This document shows, in pieces, positions 23,601 to 35,600 of a stretch of 64,000 bases of DNA. The position numbers and the translations under genes are program-made. The notes below the pieces were generated by a model. That model saw only the letters and a program-made list of their open reading frames with translations. It did not search any database and was not told where the DNA came from. Numbering within the stretch: position 1 is the stretch's first letter; every line of letters begins with the position of its first letter. The stretch comes from Camelus dromedarius. Taxonomy: Eukaryota. The DNA lies in NCBI RefSeq assembly GCF_036321535.1, contig NC_087437.1, positions 71,550,001-71,614,000 of the forward strand, written 5' to 3'.

Positions 23601-26600
23601 CTCAGAGAAATGGGGCCAGAGCCACCAGGTAAAGCACCCACAACAAGCCCTTCCACCTCTGGGCATTCAGATGGTGCGCTGATAAATATACTTACTATTT
23701 AATCCAGTTTGGATTGGGTTTTCTACACTTTCAACCCAAAGCAAACTGCTAAATTAAGCCAAGTTACACTGAGGGAACTCTCCATAGATGTCTGTTGGTG
23801 GATTCTACCAGACCTACTGCCTGACGCTTAGCCCATTGCCCACCTGCATATCTAGCTGCGGGATCAACATGTAGTGTTGAGCATTTTCTAGCCTGAAAGG
23901 TGGACAAAATGGTCCAGTGTGGGAAAACCATGCCCCGTGGCGAGGTACCCTCAGGTCATGTAAAATGTCATTTAATTCTTGCAAGCACAACCTTGGCATT
24001 TTTGAGACAGTTCCAGGATACGACACTTACTCGTCTGTGTAGTTGATATAAATTCTAATTACCGAATTGGAAGTTGGAGTAATTAGGGCAGACGTGGTAA
24101 CAAGCACTGAGCACTCCTTCCGTCATCAGTGCGATCCCCATAGCATAGAAGAGACCAAAGTGTTTGGGAATCCCATACTCCTGAAAAAGGGGAAGCATGG
24201 TCAGTGGAAAGATACTCATTAGCGACCTGGCCACAGAACCAGGAAGCCCGTGCTCTGGCCTTGTGTGGTTCGTTACACATGATCCATCGTCACACCATCT
24301 GGCCAGATGTCCCTGCCCTCCACAGATCCTGTTTGGAACCATAACCCTCCCTGGCTGCCACCTCCACCGACCCTCTCCTCACCATGGCGAAGATGTCCTT
24401 GGCTTCCAAGGCTCTTCGATGGAGAATGTCCTGGCGCAAGACTATCAGCAGGAAGAGCAAGCCCAGGAGCACGTGGCCCAGGTTGCTGAGGATGTTGTTG
24501 AAGGCACTAAAGCGATGAGAGAGAACACGAGAGAGTCAAGGCATCAGAGAGACTCAGAGACTGAACGGAGGCATGAACGAGAGAGTGAACTCAGCATTCT
24601 GTGTTTTCCACTGATAATCTTTTCATAAGATTTCAGGACTGAAAATCATCAGAGATCATCTTTAACCTAACTCCTTCATGTTGGGAGGCTTCGCCTGTGA
24701 TAATGAGTCCAATAACACCCTCTGGGCTTCCCTAACACCCACCCAGTCCTCTCGTGTCCTGGTGGCCCTGGCATGGAACGACTCCTTGGAAAGAGAGTCG
24801 CCCCAAAGACCAGCAGTTTGGCTGAGTGTTTCAGCTGCACTGTGAGAGTGAATTCACATCGAAGGATGCATGTGATGTGTCAGTGCTGAGCTCTGTAATT
24901 GTGAATTTCAGGATGAACATCTGGTGGTCACAGCCAGCAGATTTATTTCAGGAAACCGAGGCTAATTCAGGTCTGGAACAAGAAGCCAGGCTCCCAACTC
25001 CCGGGCAAATGCCTTTCCTACTTAACCGTGTTCCATTGGCTCTGGCCTTGGAAGCAGCAGCCCAGGGGTGAGTCCTAATGCCACTAACAGTTGAGGGACC
25101 TTCAGCAAGTCCCTACCTTTCTAATTAAGCCTTAACATCTTCACCTAAAATGGGGGTAATAATCATCCTATCTGCCTCATAAGGTTGTTTAATGGATTGA
25201 AGGGACTGGCAGCTCATGCCCATGGACATGGGTTATCACATCTACGGACCCGATATATTTTCAAAAACATCCCTGCCTTCTCCTCAGCAGATCATTCTTA
25301 GGAATGTTTCCTGAGGCCCCGAAACCTGGTCTCAACTTCCTGGTTTCGTTCCTCTAGTCTCTTGATTGGGGGTTTTCCACAAGGGCTTCTAGTGTTTTTA
25401 AAAACAGAAGCCACCACTTTACACAGAAAGGCATCTCTCACTGCCTCACGGCAACCAGAGGACTGGGCTCACCTCAGGACGCCCAAGGGGTGAGCACAGA
25501 GGAAGTTGTAGTAGCAGATGTCCTGGTTGCCAGTGATATTTACCACCTGTAAAACCAAGAGTGAGAAGAGGCAATGCAGTGTTTGTCCGTCCCCTGAGCC
25601 TGAAATCACAAAAAGCAGACAGTGCTCACCGTGATAACCTGTCAGTGATTTACAGTGTAACCAGTGCTCCTTCTCAGCAGGAGATGGGCTGTTACCTTCC
25701 ACCTCTACGTGGAACAGACACATTTCCTTTAAATGTGCTTTGAATTGAAATAGTCTATGTCCCTCATTATGTGGCTTCAGGGTAGAATTCAGCTGAGTAT
25801 GATTCCTTTATTGTCATTATAAAAAGACTTTGAAAGGATGCTAACATTGGGACCTGCTTATTAGGACTGTCAGGGTACATCCTATTTTCTTGTCGAATCC
25901 TGGGAGGGTAAGGAGTATCCCATCCTCTGCATGGAAATGATAACCACAGGGCGGGTAGACACGAGGAGGGGTGTGGTCAGTTTTCCATATTTATCACTAT
26001 CTCTATCATTGAGAACCTTCCGGGGGTGGGGGGTGAGAGGGGAATAGCTCAGTGGTAGAGTGCGTACGTAGCATGCACAAAGTCCTCGGTTCAATCCTTA
26101 GTACCTCCACTAAAAAAAAGTAAATAAATAAAATTTTAAATTTTAAAAATAAAAAAGAACCCTCTCAGACCACATCACAGCTGTATCTTCTGATAGAGCC
26201 CCAAAGTATTGAGGGAATATTTGGATTATAAACTGTGGTGCTCAAACTTCATAAAGTCCTTGTCCTCATCAGGTGTTAAGGAATTGGGGAAATATTGTGA
26301 GACTGTTGGCTCTCAGACTTGGCTGTCCACTGGAATCACTGGGAGCTTAATCAATACTGATGCCTGACTCCCCTGTCAGAGACTGATCTCATCTGTGTGG
26401 GGTACAGCTTGGACACTGGGCTTTTAAAAAGTTCCTCAGATGATTTTAACGCACAGCAAAGTTTGAGAGCTATTGCATTAGAAACACCTTTAGCCTTGTG
26501 TTATTCTAAGTGGGCTTTTTCATGTGTAACAGATCCCAGTGAAGGCTACTTAAGCAACCTGGACCCTAGGGTTCTATGAAGGTGCAGTGGGATTCTAGAG

Positions 26601-29600
26601 CTGTTTGAACTATTATTTGTGTTTATTTGTTTTTTTTCTCTATTTTAGTGTTTATTGTATATTTTCTTTTAATATTTTATTAGTTCTGTGAAGCTGTTTT
26701 TACTTTTACAAAAAAATATTTACCCTCAATGACAGAGCACAGGCTACATGAGACATCAGGTTTCTTTGCTTTTGTCTGGAACTTTATTTACTCATCATCC
26801 CATGTTGACCAAAAGTTCAGACTGGTAAAAAATAGACATAGTTGATAGATACCAAGAGTAAATGAGTGCAAGGTAATCATTTCAGATTGGTAGACAGAAT
26901 AATGCAAGAGGCCCGAGGTTCCTCTGTGATTAAACAGTCGGGAGCTAGATTTAAAGGTCAGTCAAAGACGAAGCTATGGGGAAATCCAACGGGAACCCAA
27001 GTGGGGAATTCATTCTCGGACAGGGCTCAGGTTATACCTTCCTGTGTAAGTCACAGCAAAGATCTCTCCCTGCAGTATGAAAGCTGGGGCTCCTGGTTTG
27101 GGCAGCACTTACTGTCTGGTAGGTGATGACTAGCTGGATCACGGGCAGTGCATAAAACACAGCGATGGTAATGATGTTCCTAGGCAGGCAGAGAGAACCA
27201 GAAATGGTTATTTTCAGTTAACAACGGAATCTTTGCTTTTTCAAAAGACAATTCCTCCTACCCCATAACTCCCTTGTTAACTCACAAAAATAGTTAGAAA
27301 CTGGTTATGCAGTTCCTCCTTCTCCAGTCTTCCTCTCATACAGTCATTTTCAAAACAATGTAAATAATACTTGCTTCTGGTTTAACCAAATTATTAATGA
27401 GGTCCTATCTCTCTAGGATATTATTAGTTTAAAAATGATCAGAGAGTAGGGGATGGGTGATGGATCACACCAAGGGGATGTGGCTCTCCTAAGATACATC
27501 TCTTAGTTCCTAAATGATGGTCCCACTATGGAATTCGTGTGGCCCCTACTGCCTCTTGTTTCCCTCTTCTCTGTATCCACAAGAAAGGGCCTCCTCCCAG
27601 AGAAAAGAATGGGAAGGGCTATCACAAGTGTCAGCCTGGGGTTTCTGAGGGGAAGGAGGGGACCCTATCAGGCACTTCAGACTCTCCTCTTGGAGGGAGG
27701 CTGCATCTGTGTGTGTGTGTGACTACCAAAGGTCCATTTATCATTGGCTGGTGGCATCATCTCTCCCAGGGTAGCGTCCAGCTACCCTGAGGTGCTCGAG
27801 GCATCTCATCCCTGAAATCACTGGCTCTCCCCAAAGCAAGTCCTGGTGAGGAGATGAGGGAATAGCTCCAGTTTAACATGCCTCATCGAACATGGTGACA
27901 TTAATGTTATCTTCAGGACATCTTTCTGGAAGACGATTTAGTGTGCTCCCTGAACATATGGGGTTCCACTACCACTCTTCTTTATGCTTTGTATTTATTT
28001 AATTTAGGGCTGTTGCCTTTGGTGGTTTATCTCCATTTTCCTATGGAATGTGTCATGAATCCTTTAAATGCCTATACCTGTACCTCATTAAACACATAAG
28101 TGAGTGTGGCTTTTACAAAGAAAACTTCAATTTTACTAAAGAGAGCCATAGCTCTCCTGGTCATCTACTCACCAAAAATAAATCTTATATTTCTTGCTGA
28201 TAATTCTCCGGTCCTTCCTGGACAGATCTGACAGGTAAAGAAACGTCTGGGATGCCAAATAAAAAGAGAATGCAAAACTGTACTTGGATTTCTTGCATAA
28301 AATACAAAGGAGAACTTTACACATTTCAATTCAGCACCTCCTTAGGGATTAAGTTCTTTAACAAGACGTTTAATTGTGCTTTTCCCACGATACCTTTAAA
28401 AATCCTAAGATTTCCTTAGAATATTAAGGATTGGCTGATGTGGGAAACCTAATGTCTCTTAAATCTCAAGAATTTATTTCCCAGTTTTCAGTGATATCGA
28501 CTGTGTGGTCCTAGAATTACAGGGTTGAAACTGTGCAGTTCACCTTCATAGCCCTTACTGGATACAACACTATCATAAATACAAGCTGGAAAAAAATGAG
28601 CTTTACTCCTAAAAGATTTTATGTACAGAACTGGGAAGTTTTTCAAGGTGTAGTCTGCAAATGAATCTTTTCTTCCATCTGGTTGGATCCCTTCCTCCTT
28701 TTTTTTGTCCACAATCAGCCACTTCAGACCCTGAGAGCATTTTAATGCTGTTCTTTTTACTTCTCTCACTCCCTCCCTCCAGAAGAAGAGTTCATTAACT
28801 GAGCAGTGCTTTTAGTATGTGGTTAAGTTTCACCTAAAATGCCCCCTGGGTAAAACAACCAGGACCTATAGCACAGGGAACTGTATTCAATTTCTTGTTA
28901 AAAAAAAAAAAAGTAAAATTAAATTAAATTTAAAATAAAAAAAATTAAAAGCCCCCTGGGAAATCTGACTTCCCGAATTAAAAAAGCTACTAAAGGAAAC
29001 TGGGGCATTGCTGAGGTTGTATCGATTCCCGAAGTTCCTGTTGTCTCGGCGCCTGGCCAGGCAGAGGTACCTTGGTCCGGATGATGTTCTTGTCACTCTC
29101 AATGTCTGGCATGGTGTCGAAGTCACTCTCCTCCACGGAGCTGTCGGAGTCCGACTGGCACGGCTGCCCGCCGTCGGAGGAGGATGCCTGCCTGCCCGGA
29201 CTGGAGCTGGACTCATCTGAAACGGAGAAGCCTCATCTGCTTTCCCCAGCCCAGAAGAACCCATGGAGCTCACTTCTCTTGGCAAAAAGCACAGGACTAG
29301 CTCATTCTTGAAAATGTCGTGTCGGTCAAACCGATTCCTTACCCACAACACCTGTTCTTTCTCTCCATTCCTCCTCAATGGACTTCTAATCTTCCCCTTC
29401 TCCTATTTTTACATTTAAATGGTCTATTTCTAGGGCTGAATACATAATATAAAGGCATCTGCTCTGTTAACTATCTAGATGCAAAAATATGCTTATATAT
29501 CATGTTTCATATTTTAAAATATGAGCATAAATATATAAACAGACACATGCACATCCTTATGTATAGCATCTATCATATATATGTGTAAGCACGCACATAT

Positions 29601-32600
29601 CCAGCAGCTATACATGTCTCGTGGCTCAAGTATTTATACACAGAAATTCCCCCACATGCTGTATCTATAATTATATAATGAAAACAACATTCTCAGGAAG
29701 AAGAATCCTTGTGTTCCTGTGAATGTTTCCCGGAGCAGATGGGAATTTGTGCAGCTTAATGAGCACATGAGCCGAGCCTACCTTCCACTTTATTCCTTCT
29801 GCTCAGTGATTAAAAAAAAAACCCTGTGCTCGCAGAGCCAGAAATAAGTCTCCAGCACTGAGCCCACATGCTTCTTGAAGTTACAGAATGACAGGGCAGG
29901 AATACAGGATTCCCAGCCCCTCTACACTGACAGTTTAAGGCACACCATTCATCAGCCCCCAAACGTCATGGAAGTGCATGGAAGCATCAATGCACTCCAA
30001 CGCTAAGGAGACAGGGATCAGAATTCTGTCCCTTCCAGGCCACTGAATGAGTCCAGGGGCTGCCATGTGAATGACTGGGTGGCACTGAGCAGGTTTAGTT
30101 ATGGAGTTAGCCAAAATGCAAGATTGCTAGGCTTCAGCCAGGTTCACCTGCAGCACACACAGCCTCAGTCTTCTGATCGCCCTTACTCCACTGCAACCTG
30201 AGAATGAAACAGCTGGTCAATTGGTGTTGGGCTCCCTGATGTCAGACTCTGACACATCTCTCATGCCCTAAACTCAGGCTGGGCATGAAAAAAGTCCCCA
30301 CAGGAGTTGATGGCAACTAGTGGAGAAAATTCTGCTCAAGTGGGGCTAAGCAGACTGGAGAAACAGAACAATAGGACTGGAGAAAGTTAAGAGCTGGAAG
30401 GAACCTTCCAGAACATCCAGCCAATTCATCTCATAAATAAAACACAATCTCATACAATGAATGCCTTGCCCACTCTCCCAGTTTATCAGTGGCTGGAGGG
30501 CCCTTTGTATCCTGTTCTCTGGAGAACCAGGAAACACTTCCCTGAATGGACTCTTGTCAGAAATACCTATTGCCCCATAATTGCTTCCTTCAGGGGTGCT
30601 GGCAGCAATGGGATGTGACGCCGACATATTTCCAGAGCCTGTTGAGAAGAAAAGCAGAGAGGCGAACACTTTATGTCCAGCTGCTAAAATGAAAGAACAC
30701 CATTCTAAGTAGTTTGAATCATCAGGCCATATGATTTTAAATTTGATTTTCTTTTCACTCTAATATAGGAGTCCACAGGCCAATTCTAAGGTCTGCAGGC
30801 CAAATCTTTCTTTCCACCTGTCTTGGTATGGCCCTTGAACTAAAAACGATTTAAAATTTTTTTGAACATTTGGAGGAAAAATCAAAAGAAAAATAATATT
30901 TCATGAGAGGTAAAAATGGAAATTTCTGTATTCATATAGAAAGTTCTACTGAAACACAGCCACGCTCATTTGAATATGTCTGTAGCTGCTTTTGGCTACA
31001 ATGGCGGCATTGATCCATTGCAACAGAGACTGTAGGGCCCACAGAACCTAAAATGTTCACTATTTGGCACTTTACAAAAAAAAAAAAAAATTGCTGATTC
31101 CCTCCTGACACTACTGCAGAATCACAAGAATGAAGGAGCATGGGTCCCGGAATTGCTGGAGGAAGGCCACCACTGAACAGAAACACCTGTGATGTTCTGC
31201 TGTTAAGGCACTGTAATCAGAAGTTTACTTGTCACAGCCGTTAGCAGTACCCTAACTATAGGCAGGGTAAGTCCCGATAGGAAGGAAATCTGCACTCCTT
31301 GGAGCAAAATATAATGACAACATGAACTAGGGATGTACGGGAATATGGGTTATTTCGGGATATTTCAGAGGTAGAATAGACGTATCTGTTGCCAAATGGT
31401 TGCTGGCAGTGAGAGAAAAACAGTCCCTAAGATGATGCTCCTCAGAGTTTTCCAATAAAGTACTCCTCGTAGCAGGGAGAGTGAACTCATTCCTCTGAGA
31501 GGCTGGGGGTGTCATCTGGGGCCGCCCCACCACAAGCAGCTGAGAAAAACACCTCCCAACCTCACTGGTTATTTGGAAAGATGCTATCCCACCGAGCATA
31601 TCCATTTCTGAGAATTAGGCAGGGCTGGACAAAGAGCAGAAACCACAAGGAAGCAGGCATCAAGGCAGTTTCTCTGACTCATCTCCAGGGGCCACAGTCA
31701 TCTGTGAACATGCCTGAGAACGTTTCTCTGCTGCCACCTAACTTTTTTTTTTTTAATTGAAATATAGTTGATTTACAATATTGTGTTAGTTTCAGGTGTA
31801 TAGCAAACTGATTCAGTTATATGATATTTTCTGATTATTTTCCATTATAGGTTATTACAAGATAGTGAATATAGTTCCCTGTGCTATACAGTAGGTCCTT
31901 GTTGCTTATCTATTTTAAGTATAGTAGTTTGTATCTGTTAATCCCAAACTCCTAATTTATCCCTCTTCCTCCCCTTTCCCCTTTGGTAACCATAAGTCTG
32001 TTTTCTACATCTGTGAATCTGTTTCTGTTTTGTATATAGATCCATTTGTATTATTTTTTTAGATTCCACATATAAGCGATACCATAACATTTGTCTTTAT
32101 CTGTCTGATTTACTTCACTTAGTGTGATAATCTCTAGGATGCTGCCTCCTGAGCTTTGTCAAGGATCTGGGATATTGTCAGGCAGCTGGGAATTTCAGTA
32201 AAGTATCTTCTTTCTGGGAGGTCAGATTGCTTGTATCACACCTCCGGCAAAGACATCTGTGAGTTAACTGGTCAGCTTCACATACTGTTGCAGAGAAAAC
32301 CATTTTCAGTGAAGATGCATAACTGAAGATATTCTATAATATCCTCACTGTAAATATATTTCCATTTCTTCATTGAAAACATAGTTTGCTATAGTTTACA
32401 TTAATGCCACAGCGTGCAAGGCTTGTGAAAGAACCAAGAGCCTCAAACAATTTGTTGTTTGTCAGTCAACTCTCTTCATCCAGATTTCAAACTTAACTTC
32501 CACCGGTGGGCAGTAAAAAACACATTCCCAGTTTTGTGAGCGAGTCTGTAGACTTTATCATGCTTTTTACTCTGTGTGCCTATTCATTTCCTCCTCGAAG

Positions 32601-35600
32601 GAAAATAATTAAATCCTAAGTTCAAAACATTTAGCCAGGTGATGAGAGACACATCACTGGCCTCGGAGACTCAATTTCCTTCCCTCTCTTGGTTGCTTAG
32701 CCAGGTGTTGGCTCAGCTGGACAGCAAGGCCTTTGGCTAATGCAGCGTTCCTGGCAGGCAAAGCTGTTCCCAGGGCTCTCACAATGCAGACTCCCTGGCA
32801 TGGTTCCTAGGCTTGGAAACTCCTTGATACCATTCTTATTATTTAGAGAAAGTAGATGTTCCTTGGCTTTCCTGGGCTCACCCATAAATATGCGGCATGG
32901 TACCAACACCATCTGCGCTTTTCATCCAACTTCAAGACACAGAGACAGGTTACTTTCAGACTCTTAAGTATGAGAGTTTCAGTCTTTTGAGCACAGTAAC
33001 AGAGTGACGGGAAGATACCAGGTACAGTCTGACTGGCTTTTTTTTGGCCTAGGACAGATTTGGCCATAGTTACAGCATAGAGTTTTGCTGCTGCCACTAT
33101 TGACTATAACTAGTACTACTAGTATTACCACCACCACTAGTACTGCTGCTACGACTAATGCCTCTGTTACTATCGCCACTGCCGCAGGGGCTGCTGCTGC
33201 TGCTGCTACTATCACTACTACTGTCACTACTGCTGTCACTACTGCTGTCACTACTACTGTCAGTACTGCTGTCACTACTACTGTCACTACTGCTGTCATT
33301 ACTACTATCACTGCTACTGTCACTACTACTATCACTACTGCCATCACTACTGCTGTCACTACTACTATCACTACTACAGTCACTGCTACCGTCACTGCTA
33401 CCGTCACTACTACCGTCACTGCTGCTGTCACTACTACTGTCACTGCCACTGTCACTGCTGCCGTCACTACTACTATCACTACTACTGTCGGTACTGCTGG
33501 CTAATGTTTATGGAAAACTTACTGTGTGTCAGACTCTCTTTTAAGTTCCTCACAAGAATTTATTCTTTTTATTTTTCAACAACCCTCTGAGGTGGGTACT
33601 CTTATTATCACCATTTTAAAGATAACAAAAGGGAGGCACTGATAGGTCAAGTAATTTGCCCAGAGTTCCTCGATAGTGGGTGGATGGTAGTGGTCATTGT
33701 ATAGGTCGCAGTTAAAACTTACTGTCTTACATAGAAACAACCTAAATGTCCATCGACAGATGAGTGGATAAAGAAGTTATTTCTTTATACAATGGAATAC
33801 CACTCAGCCATAAAAAAGAACAAAATAATGCCATTGGCAGCAATATAGATGGACTCGGAAATTGTCATTCTGAATGAAGTAAGCCAGAAAGAGAAATACA
33901 AATATCATATGATGTTGCTTATATGTGGAACCAAAAAAAAAACATTATTTACAAACCAGAAATAGACTCCTGGACATAGAAAACAAACTGGGGGGGGGGA
34001 ATAGAGGGGGGGTGGATGGATTAGGAGTTTGGGATTAGCAGATACACATTACTATATATAAAACAGATAAACAAGAAGGACCTACTGTATAGCACAGGGA
34101 ACTAGATCCAATTTCTTATAATAAGCTGTAATGGAAAAGAATCTGAAAAAATATATATGTATTAAAAACTGCATTAATTATGGAATCATTAATAAACAAT
34201 TATAGGATGATAAAAAAACTTTTCTTAATTGAAAAAAATTTAAAAGGATTTTCCTTCAACATCGGAATGACTCGCAGTAAGAGTGTTACTTTCATGAAGT
34301 GCTCGTTTTGCAAGACACAAGGAGATAGAGGCTCATTTGTATCTCCACCAGAGTAAACTCATATTTTAAAGAAGTATCTAAGTGCGACGTTTGCTTTTTA
34401 GATTGGCTGCTGCTGCTGCTTGTTTATGACTCCTTATTGGGTCATGCTAGCATCTCAGCCCCAGGTGACATAGCTTTCCTATTTCCCTCAGTATCTTTCA
34501 CATTTTTCTCTTTTCCAGCCTAAGTTCCCTACTTTTAACCACAAGCTTACATCCTTTGTTTAAGATGTAATTTTTAAAAATATTAAATATGTAAAGAGTA
34601 AGTGAAGAAGGATACAAAAGCATAAAATCCAGACTTTTTGCCATTTTGGTGTTCCAGGGAAGCCCTCTGGTACAGGGCATAGAAGCAAGCAAGGAGAATG
34701 CCTGTGTTACGCAGTAGCAGGGGGTTGAAACGGCTTGTGGGAGGCAGTTTTTTTGTGTGTGTAATCAAAAGAGGGAAAAAAAAAACCTACAAAAAATAAA
34801 ATCAAAGCAAGCGAGCAAACAAAAACAATCATTGTTTTGTTAGGCGACAACTTCACTAAAAGGGAAAAGCCAGCTGTTGCTCAGACTTGGATGGACTGCT
34901 GATTTCTGCACTCTGCTCTGGCTCGCGATCCAGCCTGACCTGGTTTTGATGTAGTCGCTAGTCCCTTTCCCCCTGAGGCAGCTGCAGCACCAGCGGTTCT
35001 GCGGTGGACAAGAGCGTCAAGATGTTCACGTGCAGTACAACTGCCAGCACATAAAAGTGTTTTACATCTGCGCACTTTCATACGTACAGTTAACTAGGAG
35101 ATTGGCCGACACAGGATAACGGTACACTGTTAACTTTTCTAATGTCTAAGGCCTTCTTAGAATGCAAAACCCAAAGCACAGTCTCCCAAACTTCAAGTGT
35201 GATCGATGCTCCAGGAACGCAAGCCGTATTTCTAGTTAACTCTAGGGTATTTAGAAAGCAGAATGAAGCACAAAGTATCAGTTTATAGGACAGACCAAGA
35301 CGTTCTGGCTGGGAATAAGCAAATGTGTAAGGTTGTGAATGAGCTCATCTTAATGAGGAAACTTGTTCTGGAATGTTTTTCTCTGAGCTCTCTGCCATCT
35401 GCCTACTTTACTAACTTAGAAGAGGGTATGTTTGCTTGCTTGCCTTCTGTGTTAAATGCTCTATGTGAGGAGGGAAACTTCGTTTCATTTTGAGCATGCT
35501 TGGCTCTTTCAGGGACAGAATTTCTATTTATAATTGTCCTGCTCTCCTCTATCTCTGGACTCAGGAGGCTGGAAGCCGAGGAGGGAGTCAGAAATGACGT

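Noticed and set aside
33085..33544. Mucin-like Thr-rich and poly-Leu/Val ORFs as real genes
   Set aside because: They are simple by-products of a triplet-based minisatellite, with no signal peptide, promoter or splice context.
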